Origin: an uncultured Clostridiaceae bacterium
GTDB lineage: Bacteria > Bacillota > Clostridia > Monoglobales > Firm-18
NCBI GenBank assembly: GCA_964573775.1
Contig: CAZNKU010000002.1
Span: 9,286-73,285, forward strand
Length of the DNA stretch: 64,000 bases
Direction of reading: 5' to 3'
In this document: positions 36,959 to 45,947 of the stretch, in pieces
How positions within the stretch are numbered: position 1 is the stretch's first letter
Layout of the letters: each line of letters begins with the position of its first letter
Translations under genes and position numbers: made by a program
Notes under the pieces: model-generated
Seen by the model: the letters and a program-made list of their open reading frames with translations, nothing else
What the model was told of the DNA's origin: nothing
Database searches by the model: none

Positions 36959-39772
36959 TTATTCAAAAACATTTTTAAAATAATCGACATTTACTACGCG
37001 GTCATTAATTTCCATAAGATGAATAATTTTTTTATTCATTTCATCAATGTATTCCTTGTTTTCGGCACCGTATGATGAAATATCTGTGCCCGGTTTATAG
37101 TGTATCTGCCCATCAAACCATGAACCGTTTGAAAAATATACATATCCCGGATATTCAGGATTAAAAGCATCATTACCCAGGTAATACCCGTTATTTAGTC
37201 CAAACAGATTTGTAATGGTAGGAACAATGTCAATAGCACCTGTAACCTTGGTTACGCTTACCGGTTCAATGCCGGGTGAGTAGATAAAGAACGGAACCTT
37301 TTCCGATATTTCACTGCCTGCTTCCTTTGAAAACTCTGCCAGTTTTTCTTTATCCTTATAACCGTACGCATAATGGTCCGCTATACCGATAATTACAGTG
37401 TTTTCATACAAACCGTCTTCTTTCAGGCGTTCAATCAGTGTTCTGAAGAACTCATCTGTGTCGTGTGCAAGTATGTTAATAACCTGTGTTTCTGAATCCA
37501 GACTTTCATCAACAAGTTCAGGATATTTTTCCAATGCTCCGCCTATCCTGTTATCTACCACGTCATAAGGCAAGTGAGCAGAATAGGAGATAAAGAAGTC
37601 AAAGAATGTTCCTTCTGTCATATAATTATATACCGTGTCATTAAGAGGAACTTCGCTGTCCAGTACGCACTTTTCAATTGGCATATAGTCCATCAGACAA
37701 TAATAGTTGCTGTAACCAAATTTTAAATGCATAGATTTTCTGTTATAGAAGTTTTTGCTGTTAAAGTGGAATGAGTTAACATTATAACCTTCTTTGGCGA
37801 ACAAGCTTGGCATAGCATAATCAAAGTTGTTGCTTGTAAAAACAGAAGATGACGAAGTTGTTGACGGACAATGAAAACCTGTATTCATTGAAAATTCCGA
37901 ATTAAAGGTGTAACCGCTTCCCATATTCGGCATATAATGGTTTTCAAAGTTTATTCCGTTATCCATCATATATTTTATTGTAGGAGTATATTCTTCGGTT
38001 ATCAGCCAGTCGTCCATACTTTCCATCAATACAAATACAACATTTTTACCCTTTAAAATACCTGTCATTTCGTTTTGATGAACATTCTTCTTTTCAACAA
38101 AGTAATCGTCACATTCCTTAATTTCCTCTTTTGTATACTGCTGAGTTTCAAACATGGTTCTGTATATGCTTTTGAAAGTAAACTGATAAAATCCGCACAT
38201 ATTCAATGATTTGTTTGCATCTGTAAAGTTTTTGTATACCAGAACGGGTCTTTCCCATACTTCCCATGCACCGTTTTTTATCTGTATTTTAGTATCTATA
38301 AGAATTCCTGCATGTAAAGCAGCTACCAGTAAGAACGGTATTATACACTTAATATATTTTAAATATCTTTCATATTTGTTTTTGTATACAGGTTTTTTCC
38401 ACAAAATCAATGTAATGACTAAAAATGATATATATATAAGAATAACAGATATTACCCGTCCGTTAATATACGGCAGTGCTTCACTTACATAGTCCATTCC
38501 TTCTCCGGCAAGAAGTATTGCTCTTATCCACATATACTGGTTGAATATACAGAAATAAATGTAATTTACAAAGAACAATATTCCAAACAAAAGATATATA
38601 ACTGCATATAATAATTTGCCTAGTTTTTGGGGCAAGACAGCATAACAGAAGTAAAATATGCCAAATATCCAGAAAATGTCAAACAATATGGGAACTATAT
38701 AATATTTTACATCATTTATAACTATAAAGTTAATTACATATCTTAGTATAAAATCTGTCAGGAAGAAAGGAAAAACCGCACAAAAAACAAAAATAATGCG
38801 TGAATCCTTTGTTTTTTTAAATTCGGACAAATCTTTTTTGAATTGTACAAAACTCTGCTTGGCTTGTTTTATAAGCTCAGCTAATCCGATTTTTTTCATC
38901 TTAACAGCTACTGATGTTAAAAGGAATGTTATAATAGCCGAGAAAATTTTTGATTGCAGAAAATCAGAAAACAATACATCTACATAAAGCCACATAACGG
39001 CTGTGTCTGCAATCAATATAAAAACACTCATCTTTAAAAATGACACAGGACTGTCCGGTATTATATCAATAGCAGACGGTCTTGCCTTTTTAAGTCCGTA
39101 AAGTGCAATAAGGGATATTGCACAAGCAATTATTGTGCTTATAAGATTCCATATATGAAGTATTTTAAATAATAGCCCGTATATGGCAATGTTTATCAGT
39201 ATTGCAATTGCTGTGAATATGATTTTTTTATATTTACAATATAATTTTTTTGTTTTTCCCAAAACATTTCCTGACTTCAGGATTTTTACTGCACAAATTA
39301 CAAATGTTGCCAATACAATAAACCAAACGGTATAATGCTCGTTGTATTTTGATATCAAAAATACTGTGTTGGCACCTGTCAGTACAGCAAGCCACAGCGC
39401 CAACGAAATGTGTTTGCACTTGGTAAAGCTGATAAAAATCATTGCAAACAGAAGAAATCTCAACAGCATAAATGTTTCAAATTTGCAAAAACACAGAGCA
39501 TTATTTGAAATGAGTATGATAAAATTAAAGCACGTCAGTGCGAAACGTCTTTTGTTTTTTATACCACGTACTGTTTTATAACAAATATGGCACAATGCAG
39601 ATGCCAATATAAAATCCAACGCTATTGAAATTATGAAATATTTTTTATCAATGCTTATTCCGGAATTGATATTATAAAATGCTGTAAACGTGATGTAAAC
39701 TAAAGGTATTGCAATACATATCAAAAGACTGAGGAAGTTTTTTGATATGTATACTTTTTTAGTGTTGTGCAT
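36959..39772 (-). CDS. LtaS-family sulfatase-fold phosphoglycerol/phospho-sugar transferase with an extended N-terminal membrane region
   Basis: 937 aa; C-terminal VLMESMDDW and GSGYTFNSEF (Thr nucleophile context); far more TM segments than the usual 5. Confidence 0.65.
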   Translation of the reverse strand: MHNTKKVYISKNFLSLLICIAIPLVYITFTAFYNINSGISIDKKYFIISIALDFILASALCHICYKTVRGIKNKRRFALTCFNFIILISNNALCFCKFETFMLLRFLLFAMIFISFTKCKHISLALWLAVLTGANTVFLISKYNEHYTVWFIVLATFVICAVKILKSGNVLGKTKKLYCKYKKIIFTAIAILINIAIYGLLFKILHIWNLISTIIACAISLIALYGLKKARPSAIDIIPDSPVSFLKMSVFILIADTAVMWLYVDVLFSDFLQSKIFSAIITFLLTSVAVKMKKIGLAELIKQAKQSFVQFKKDLSEFKKTKDSRIIFVFCAVFPFFLTDFILRYVINFIVINDVKYYIVPILFDIFWIFGIFYFCYAVLPQKLGKLLYAVIYLLFGILFFVNYIYFCIFNQYMWIRAILLAGEGMDYVSEALPYINGRVISVILIYISFLVITLILWKKPVYKNKYERYLKYIKCIIPFLLVAALHAGILIDTKIQIKNGAWEVWERPVLVYKNFTDANKSLNMCGFYQFTFKSIYRTMFETQQYTKEEIKECDDYFVEKKNVHQNEMTGILKGKNVVFVLMESMDDWLITEEYTPTIKYMMDNGINFENHYMPNMGSGYTFNSEFSMNTGFHCPSTTSSSSVFTSNNFDYAMPSLFAKEGYNVNSFHFNSKNFYNRKSMHLKFGYSNYYCLMDYMPIEKCVLDSEVPLNDTVYNYMTEGTFFDFFISYSAHLPYDVVDNRIGGALEKYPELVDESLDSETQVINILAHDTDEFFRTLIERLKEDGLYENTVIIGIADHYAYGYKDKEKLAEFSKEAGSEISEKVPFFIYSPGIEPVSVTKVTGAIDIVPTITNLFGLNNGYYLGNDAFNPEYPGYVYFSNGSWFDGQIHYKPGTDISSYGAENKEYIDEMNKKIIHLMEINDRVVNVDYFKNVFE

Positions 39773-39773
39773 A

Positions 39774-40745
39774 TTAATCCTCCAAATATAAATTGGAATT
39801 TTGTATATTGGTTTCTCTTACAATGAAAACAGGACGGTTTTTGATTTCCAGATATGTTTTTGACAAATATTGTCCCATTATTCCCATACAGAACAACTGT
39901 ACTCCGGATACAAAGAAAATAATACAAACCAATGATGGATAACCTGCAACCGGATCACCGAAAATAAGGGTTTTTGCTATAAAAACAACAATCATTACAA
40001 AAGAAATTATACAAAACAGCAGACCTATTACAGAAGCTATTGCCAAAGGTGCATTTGAAAATGCAATGATTCCGTCTAATGAGTAGAAAAACAGTTTCCA
40101 GAAGGACCACTTTGTTTCTCCGGCTCTTCTTTCAATATTTTCATACTCCAACCACTTTGTTTTAAAGCCTACCCAACCGAAAATACCTTTTGAAAATCTG
40201 TTGTATTCTTTAAGTGAAAGTATGGCGTTAACCATAGTTCTTTTCATAAGTCTGAAGTCTCTGGCACCGTCTACGATATCGGCTTTTGAAATTTTATTGA
40301 TTAACTTATAAAACATTCTTGCAAAAAATGAGCGTATTGGTGGCTCGCCCTTACGAGTTGTTCTTCTTGTTGCACAGCAATCGTAATCCTCTTCCTTAAG
40401 AGCTTTGTACATATCCTCAAGCATAGCAGGAGGGTCCTGTAAGTCTACATCCATAACAGCAACATAGTTACCGCTTGCGGCTTTTAAGCCTGCATACATT
40501 GCACCTTCTTTACCGAAATTACGGGATAAAAGTACATAACGGACTTTAGGGTCGTTTTCTGCATATTTTTTCATTACCGCTGCAGTGTTGTCCTTTGAAC
40601 CGTCATCCACAAATATATACTCGAAATCAACGCCGTAATTTTCACACATTTTCTCGGCGGTTTTATTGATTTCTTCAATAAAATATGGAATTGCTTCTTC
40701 TTCATTGAAGCATGGAACAACCACACTTATAAGTTCTTTTGTCAT
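39774..40745 (-). CDS. GtrB/CsbB-like GT2 polyprenyl-phosphate glycosyltransferase
   Basis: GGAGGTG RBS before the ATG at 40745; VVVPCFNEEE, DVDLQDPP, two C-terminal TM helices. Confidence 0.8.
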   Translation of the reverse strand: MTKELISVVVPCFNEEEAIPYFIEEINKTAEKMCENYGVDFEYIFVDDGSKDNTAAVMKKYAENDPKVRYVLLSRNFGKEGAMYAGLKAASGNYVAVMDVDLQDPPAMLEDMYKALKEEDYDCCATRRTTRKGEPPIRSFFARMFYKLINKISKADIVDGARDFRLMKRTMVNAILSLKEYNRFSKGIFGWVGFKTKWLEYENIERRAGETKWSFWKLFFYSLDGIIAFSNAPLAIASVIGLLFCIISFVMIVVFIAKTLIFGDPVAGYPSLVCIIFFVSGVQLFCMGIMGQYLSKTYLEIKNRPVFIVRETNIQNSNLYLED

Positions 40746-40767
40746 TTGTTGCACCTCCGGATTATGC

Positions 40768-42594
40768 TTATGAATCACTTTCATTTTTGTTTTTGAATAT
40801 AAATAATTTGCTTGCCACATAGTTAAGAACCACTACAATAACATTTGAAATTATTTTCAGCAATGTGGAATTAAATAGTAATAAATCAACGCCTATCCAC
40901 ATTATACCCACATCTAAAAATCCTGTTAAAATTCTGCAGGCAAAGAAGGAAGATGCCTCTTTTACCAGAATGGCAGGTTTTAGTGATTTACTTTCAAATA
41001 CCCATATTTTATTTGTTACATATGCAACAATAACCGATACAAACCAGGCTATAACAGTAGCTGTAACATTTTCAATATGCAATTTGTTGTAAAGGACATA
41101 GTATGTTATTATATTGGAAATTGTTGTTACAATACCAAAAACAATATAGTTCATCTGAGTTTTGTATTTTTGATAAATATTTATTGCCTTTGTGAAGTAT
41201 TCATTGTCTGAACTGAAGCTTTCCAAACCGCAAACAGCAAGTATTATGAATATCCAGCTTACTACATACGAGTATCTTCCCTGAGTTTCCAGCAGCATAA
41301 ATGCCGCACCAAATCCGCACAGTAAAAGGAACATAAGTGCAAGATTTTGGGTTTTGTTTTTATTTACAAAAGTACATAGTGACAAAATCAATACAATAAC
41401 ATATGTTGCCTGAAACGGTATTGGCAAAGGATAAGGAAATGGTGTATCCGTATCAAATGTCGCCCAGTATGTTCCGCTACAGTCACCGATTGACCACTGA
41501 TTTGCAAATTTTTTACCGTAGAAACCGGCAATTTCCAAAGGTGTTCTTTCACTTAGTCTTTCCCGTATAACCTCAAAACATTTTTTTGATAAGTCGTCAC
41601 TTTTTAAATGTTCATCAACAAAATGAGCATCCTCAAGATTCCATGTTCCGTTGTGTTCAAAATTACTCCCCTTTAGCATAAGGGTTGCATAGCTTGGCTC
41701 TTTTGCCTGCCATAGGGGTTGTTCTATAACATTGGTTGCCATAAGAATACCGCTTACAATTAAGCTTACTGTAAAATAACCAACAATTATTGATGCCATT
41801 GATGCTATTTTGTTTTTTGAAGTGAATATAAATATAAACAGTCCGAAAGCAATAAGGAATATAATTGCTACGCCACGGAACATATTGCTAAAATACAGTA
41901 CAGCACCGCACTCTAAGAATCTCAAAAGCTTGTGGTTTTCTGCATTCACCGCTTTATGGAACAGTATAACACTTAGCAAAAATAAAGGTACGCCTACTGT
42001 TTCGGTACAGTATGTGGAGCTGTAGGAAACAAGTGACGGATATATTGAAGCAATAAGTGCTGCAATTAATCTGTTTCTGTCACTTTTTATATAGTAACCT
42101 GATAGCTTGTATATTAAATATACCGATAAAACAGATAATGCAAGACCAACACATTTCATTGCTATAATATGGTACGGACCAAAAAGCTTAATCATTCCTG
42201 CCATATAAAGCATCATTGGTGTAAGGTGAGGAAATCTTGCAAGGTAGCCGTAGTCTCTTAGTTGGCTTACATTACCGTTAAGAAATTCCTTGGCAGTATT
42301 GTATATTGTAAGAAAGTCCGATACCGGTACGCTTTTTACATTAATAATCCATATAAGTCTTATTATAAAAGCTATTAATAAAATTATCAGAAGTTTGGAT
42401 TTGGTTTTAAGTTTTGAAAAAACCGTAATTATTCCGGCTAAAAAACCTGCACCTAACAATATCGTCAGCTTGTATTGCCATGGTGACATATGTGAAGTAG
42501 TTAACAGACCCGTTGATACCAACACAAGTATTGCAAGGGCTATGGCTACAAGAACACTTAAAAATATAAATGAAATTTTTGCAATTTTATTCAT
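40768..42594 (-). CDS. GT-C (family 39/ArnT-like) membrane glycosyltransferase fused to a C-terminal GtrA-like domain
   Basis: About 470-aa polytopic GT-C-like N-terminus; last 130 aa (YVTNKIWVF..NYVASKLFIF) match the 4-TM GtrA pattern. Confidence 0.55.
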   Translation of the reverse strand: MNKIAKISFIFLSVLVAIALAILVLVSTGLLTTSHMSPWQYKLTILLGAGFLAGIITVFSKLKTKSKLLIILLIAFIIRLIWIINVKSVPVSDFLTIYNTAKEFLNGNVSQLRDYGYLARFPHLTPMMLYMAGMIKLFGPYHIIAMKCVGLALSVLSVYLIYKLSGYYIKSDRNRLIAALIASIYPSLVSYSSTYCTETVGVPLFLLSVILFHKAVNAENHKLLRFLECGAVLYFSNMFRGVAIIFLIAFGLFIFIFTSKNKIASMASIIVGYFTVSLIVSGILMATNVIEQPLWQAKEPSYATLMLKGSNFEHNGTWNLEDAHFVDEHLKSDDLSKKCFEVIRERLSERTPLEIAGFYGKKFANQWSIGDCSGTYWATFDTDTPFPYPLPIPFQATYVIVLILSLCTFVNKNKTQNLALMFLLLCGFGAAFMLLETQGRYSYVVSWIFIILAVCGLESFSSDNEYFTKAINIYQKYKTQMNYIVFGIVTTISNIITYYVLYNKLHIENVTATVIAWFVSVIVAYVTNKIWVFESKSLKPAILVKEASSFFACRILTGFLDVGIMWIGVDLLLFNSTLLKIISNVIVVVLNYVASKLFIFKNKNESDS

Positions 42595-42909
42595 ATTAAC
42601 CTCCGATTTGATTATTAAAATATTATATCACCTGACATATAAAAAGTCAACAAAGACAGTTTTGTGTCAATGTCTGTTGGTTTTCGGTTTGTGTCGCATC
42701 TTAAAAATATTTTAACTGTAAAAGCTACATTTACAACAACTGTTTACTATATCGGTATAGAGCTTGAATATCTGCCTATGCTTTATGTTGTTTCAACAAA
42801 TAATATTTTTGGAATTTTTAACTCTTTTTCCTGTATTTGATGGTTGCTGAAGTTTACATAATATGATATAATTTCTATGCAATTAACATTAAATACAGGA
42901 AAGGAGAAG

Positions 42910-43749
42910 ATGATGTTTCATAAGTTTTTAGCTGTTGTTACGATTGTGATTATGCTTTGTACCTCTTTGGGATTTGGTGTATACGGTGACAACAGTATGC
43001 CAATCAGTATTTATGTTAATGAAAAGGAGATTTGCACAGACAGCAATGCTTATATTGAGAATGGAACAACTTATGTTCCTGTCCGTGCAATTTGTAATGC
43101 AATGGGGGTTAAGGACATTGAATGGAATGACTCTCATAAAAAGGCAACGATAAAAGGATATAGCAAATTGGAATTTTATATAGGCAAAAGCTATGCCTAT
43201 GTAAACGGAGAAAAGAAACAAATGCCTGTAAAGGCTGTTCTTAAAAACGGAAGAACAATGGTACCTGTAAGATTTTTTGCTGAAAATTCAGATGCACAAG
43301 TAAAGTGGGATGACACCTTGCACTCTGTAAAAATAACGAAAGACGGAGTAAATGTTCCGTCAAAATACTGTGCAAACAGTTATTCGGCAGATGACATTTT
43401 GTGGCTTTCGAGAATTGTTCATGCGGAAAGTGCAGGTGAGCCTGTAAATGGGCAGATTGCGGTAGCAAATGTGGTTTTAAACCGTGTAAAAGATATTAAC
43501 TATCCTAACACAATTTATGGTGTTATATTTGACCGTAACTACGGCATACAGTTTCAGCCTGTTGCAAACGGCACTATATATAATACTCCTTCAAAAAAGA
43601 GTGTGTATGCGGCAAAAAGAGCTGCAAACGGTGAAAGTTATGCAGGTGAAAGTCTGTATTTTCTGAATGAAAAAATAGCTACAAATTTCTGGATTGTAAA
43701 TAACAGAAAATATTACACAACAATAAGTAATCATTCATTTTATCTATAA
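42910..43749 (+). CDS. SleB/CwlJ-family cell-wall hydrolase with a copper-amine-oxidase-N-like stalk domain
   Basis: Signal/TM start; TYVPVRAICNAMG domain; C-terminal VHAESAGEP..VANVVLNRV hydrolase_2 motif. Confidence 0.75.
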   Translation: MMFHKFLAVVTIVIMLCTSLGFGVYGDNSMPISIYVNEKEICTDSNAYIENGTTYVPVRAICNAMGVKDIEWNDSHKKATIKGYSKLEFYIGKSYAYVNGEKKQMPVKAVLKNGRTMVPVRFFAENSDAQVKWDDTLHSVKITKDGVNVPSKYCANSYSADDILWLSRIVHAESAGEPVNGQIAVANVVLNRVKDINYPNTIYGVIFDRNYGIQFQPVANGTIYNTPSKKSVYAAKRAANGESYAGESLYFLNEKIATNFWIVNNRKYYTTISNHSFYL

Positions 43750-43760
43750 TAGGGAATGTA

Positions 43761-43891
43761 AAAAAGTGTTTAGAAAAAACACTTCAACCCCCTGCCCCCA
43801 ATCTTGGGGGATTAAGGTGCACTTTTGTGTAATATAGGAAATTGCAAAAGTGGAAATTGCAAAAGTGGCAATTTCCTATAAGATAAAAAAA
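43761..43891 (-). repeat. Intergenic structured repeat, copy 2 (contains a 15-nt internal tandem duplication)
   Basis: Same core as 32545-32713; GAAATTGCAAAAGTG occurs twice (43838-43867); AAGTGTTT/AAACACTT hairpin plus T-run on the minus strand. Confidence 0.8.
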
Positions 43892-43965
43892 GCGCAGAAC
43901 ACAAAAAGAAATTTATGTTTTGTTTATGAATGGTACAATTTTAAAAGAAGAATATTGAGTTTGTT

Positions 43966-44001
43966 GAAAAGCTGAATTTGATTTCGGCTTTTCTCTTTTT
44001 T
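43966..44001 (+). terminator. Strong hairpin plus T-run (terminator-like)
   Basis: GAAAAGCTGAA (43966-43976) / TTCGGCTTTTC (43983-43993), then TCTTTTTT. Confidence 0.6.
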
Positions 44002-44102
44002 GTTCTTTTGCTACAAACAAACGTTCGCCTTCGCAGTATAAACATACAACTTTGGCTCAGTTTGTTCGTTCTGCATCTTTTTTTCCTATTCCACGGAACA
44101 TT

Positions 44103-44801
44103 TTATTTGTATATTCCATCATAAATACACTGTGCAAGTTTTTTTTGATATTCTTCGGTTGCAAGCAACTTCTCCTCTGCCGGACAGGATAAAAAACCGC
44201 ATTCCACAACAACCGCTGTAGAATTACATCCCTTGAAAATATAAAGACTTGATGGTGCAGGCTTTGCTACGCGTTTGTTGCCGTCTGCAAGGCCGTTTAT
44301 CAATGAATTTTGTATTTTGTTGGCGAGGGTTCTGCTTTGGTCGTTATTTGCATAAAAAACCTGAGATCCTTTTACATCTTCAGATTCATATTTATTCATA
44401 TGAATACTTATAAATATGCCTGTATTGTTGTTTTGCAGTATCTGACGTCTGTTTTCAAGGTCAGACCGTTTCTGGTTACGCACCTTAGAACTGTCGGTAG
44501 TGTGAAGTGATGTATCTTCCTCGCGTGTCATAATTACCTTTTTACCGTTTTTTTCAGCAATTTCTTTTAAGTATATTGACACCTTCAAATTTATTTCCTT
44601 TTCAAGCGTTCCGTTTGTTCCTACTGCTCCGCCGTCCATTCCGCCGTGCCCTGCATCTATTATTAAAAGGTCGTTATTTGTTTGGGGCAGGGGCTTATTA
44701 TCCGCATAATTATAAATCCCCAGAGAAAGTATAAAAATTACCACAACAGCACAGGAAAGAAATATGTGAGTTTTTCGTATTACAAAAAGCATAAAAAACA
44801 C
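44103..44801 (-). CDS. cwlD: Germination-specific N-acetylmuramoyl-L-alanine amidase CwlD
   Basis: N-terminal TM, IIDAGHGGMDGGAVG, SIHMN and ECGFLS motifs. Confidence 0.8.
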   Translation of the reverse strand: MFFMLFVIRKTHIFLSCAVVVIFILSLGIYNYADNKPLPQTNNDLLIIDAGHGGMDGGAVGTNGTLEKEINLKVSIYLKEIAEKNGKKVIMTREEDTSLHTTDSSKVRNQKRSDLENRRQILQNNNTGIFISIHMNKYESEDVKGSQVFYANNDQSRTLANKIQNSLINGLADGNKRVAKPAPSSLYIFKGCNSTAVVVECGFLSCPAEEKLLATEEYQKKLAQCIYDGIYK

Positions 44802-45080
44802 CTCTTTATTACTTTGTTAATAATAAATTTTATGCTCTGTTGTATTGCAATTATTACTCTTTTTATATATAATAAATATAGCAATTTAAAATGACTATTA
44901 AAAATTGGGGAGCAACAGACATAATTGTTGAATCTTTAAATCCTGAATATATTACAAACGGAATTGAATATTTTGCAAAATATTTGTAAAATAGTGCAGA
45001 TGGCTTGCTATTGAAAAAAATTTATATTTATAGTATAATAAATTGTTAAATAATTTGATATGCAATAGGAGTAATTATAT

Positions 45081-45947
45081 ATGTGGTACAGTAGTGATTG
45101 GAAGGAATACGAGCTTTTAGATGCTGCAGACGGTCAAAGGCTGGAAAGATGGGGCAAATACGTATTTGTAAGACCCGACCCTCAGGCTGTATGGGGTGAC
45201 AAAAGCAACAACCCTTTATGGAAAAAGGCAGACGGCAGATACAACCGCAGTAACAGTGGCGGCGGGCAGTGGCAATTCTTTAAAGATTTGCCCGAAAGCT
45301 GGACTATTACACAGGGCAACTATAAATTTAAAATTAAGCCGATGAATTTTAAACACATGGGCTTATTTCCCGAACAGCTTGTTAACTGGCAGTGGGCAGA
45401 CAATTTAATACGAAGTGCTAAAAGACCTATAAATGTTCTTAATCTGTTTGCTTATACAGGTGGGGCAACTGTTGCGGCATCCTGTGCAGGTGCATCAGTT
45501 TGTCATGTGGATGCATCAAAGGGCATTGTTGCCCATGCAAAGGATAATGCACAGCTTACAAACATTGCTGACAGACCAATTCGCTACATCGTAGACGACT
45601 GTATGAAGTTTGTACAGAGAGAAATTCGCAGAGGCAGAAAATACGATGCTATCATAATGGACCCTCCTTCATACGGCAGAGGCCCCGGCGGTGAAGTGTG
45701 GAAGATAGAAACAGAGCTTTTCGGCTTTGTTGAACAGTGTGCAGAGGTCTTAAGCGATAATCCTCTGTTTGTTCTTTTAAATTCTTATACAACAGGGTTA
45801 AGTGCCGCAACGATGGCAAATGTGCTTAACTTAACAGTAGGAAAAAAATTCGGCGGAGAAGCTACTGCTGATGAAATTGGTATACCTATGAAGGATAAAG
45901 GATTAATTTTACCTTGCGGGTCATCTGCAAGATGGGTGATGAAATAA
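45081..45947 (+). CDS. Class I SAM-dependent methyltransferase (RlmI/PF10672-like)
   Basis: NLFAYTGGATVAAS SAM-binding motif and DPPSYGRG motif. Confidence 0.65.
   Translation: MWYSSDWKEYELLDAADGQRLERWGKYVFVRPDPQAVWGDKSNNPLWKKADGRYNRSNSGGGQWQFFKDLPESWTITQGNYKFKIKPMNFKHMGLFPEQLVNWQWADNLIRSAKRPINVLNLFAYTGGATVAASCAGASVCHVDASKGIVAHAKDNAQLTNIADRPIRYIVDDCMKFVQREIRRGRKYDAIIMDPPSYGRGPGGEVWKIETELFGFVEQCAEVLSDNPLFVLLNSYTTGLSAATMANVLNLTVGKKFGGEATADEIGIPMKDKGLILPCGSSARWVMK

Noticed and set aside
40746-40820. Longer version of the GtrB-like ORF starting at 40820 and overlapping the upstream gene by 53 nt
   Set aside because: The internal ATG at 40745 has a GGAGGTG RBS and yields the canonical MTKELISVVVPCFNEE N-terminus. 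The extension has no homology-like features.
43838-43867. Direct 15-nt repeat GAAATTGCAAAAGTG x2, considered as a mini CRISPR-like or tandem-repeat locus
   Set aside because: There are only two abutting units with no spacers. It lies inside loop 1 of repeat copy 2, so it is best explained as a local duplication within that element.
44891-44989. 32-codon plus-strand sORF (MTIKNWGATDIIVESLNPEYITNGIEYFAKYL) in the cwlD / methyltransferase spacer
   Set aside because: No Shine-Dalgarno sequence, no obvious promoter or terminator, and no recognisable motif. It is likely a chance ORF in AT-rich DNA.
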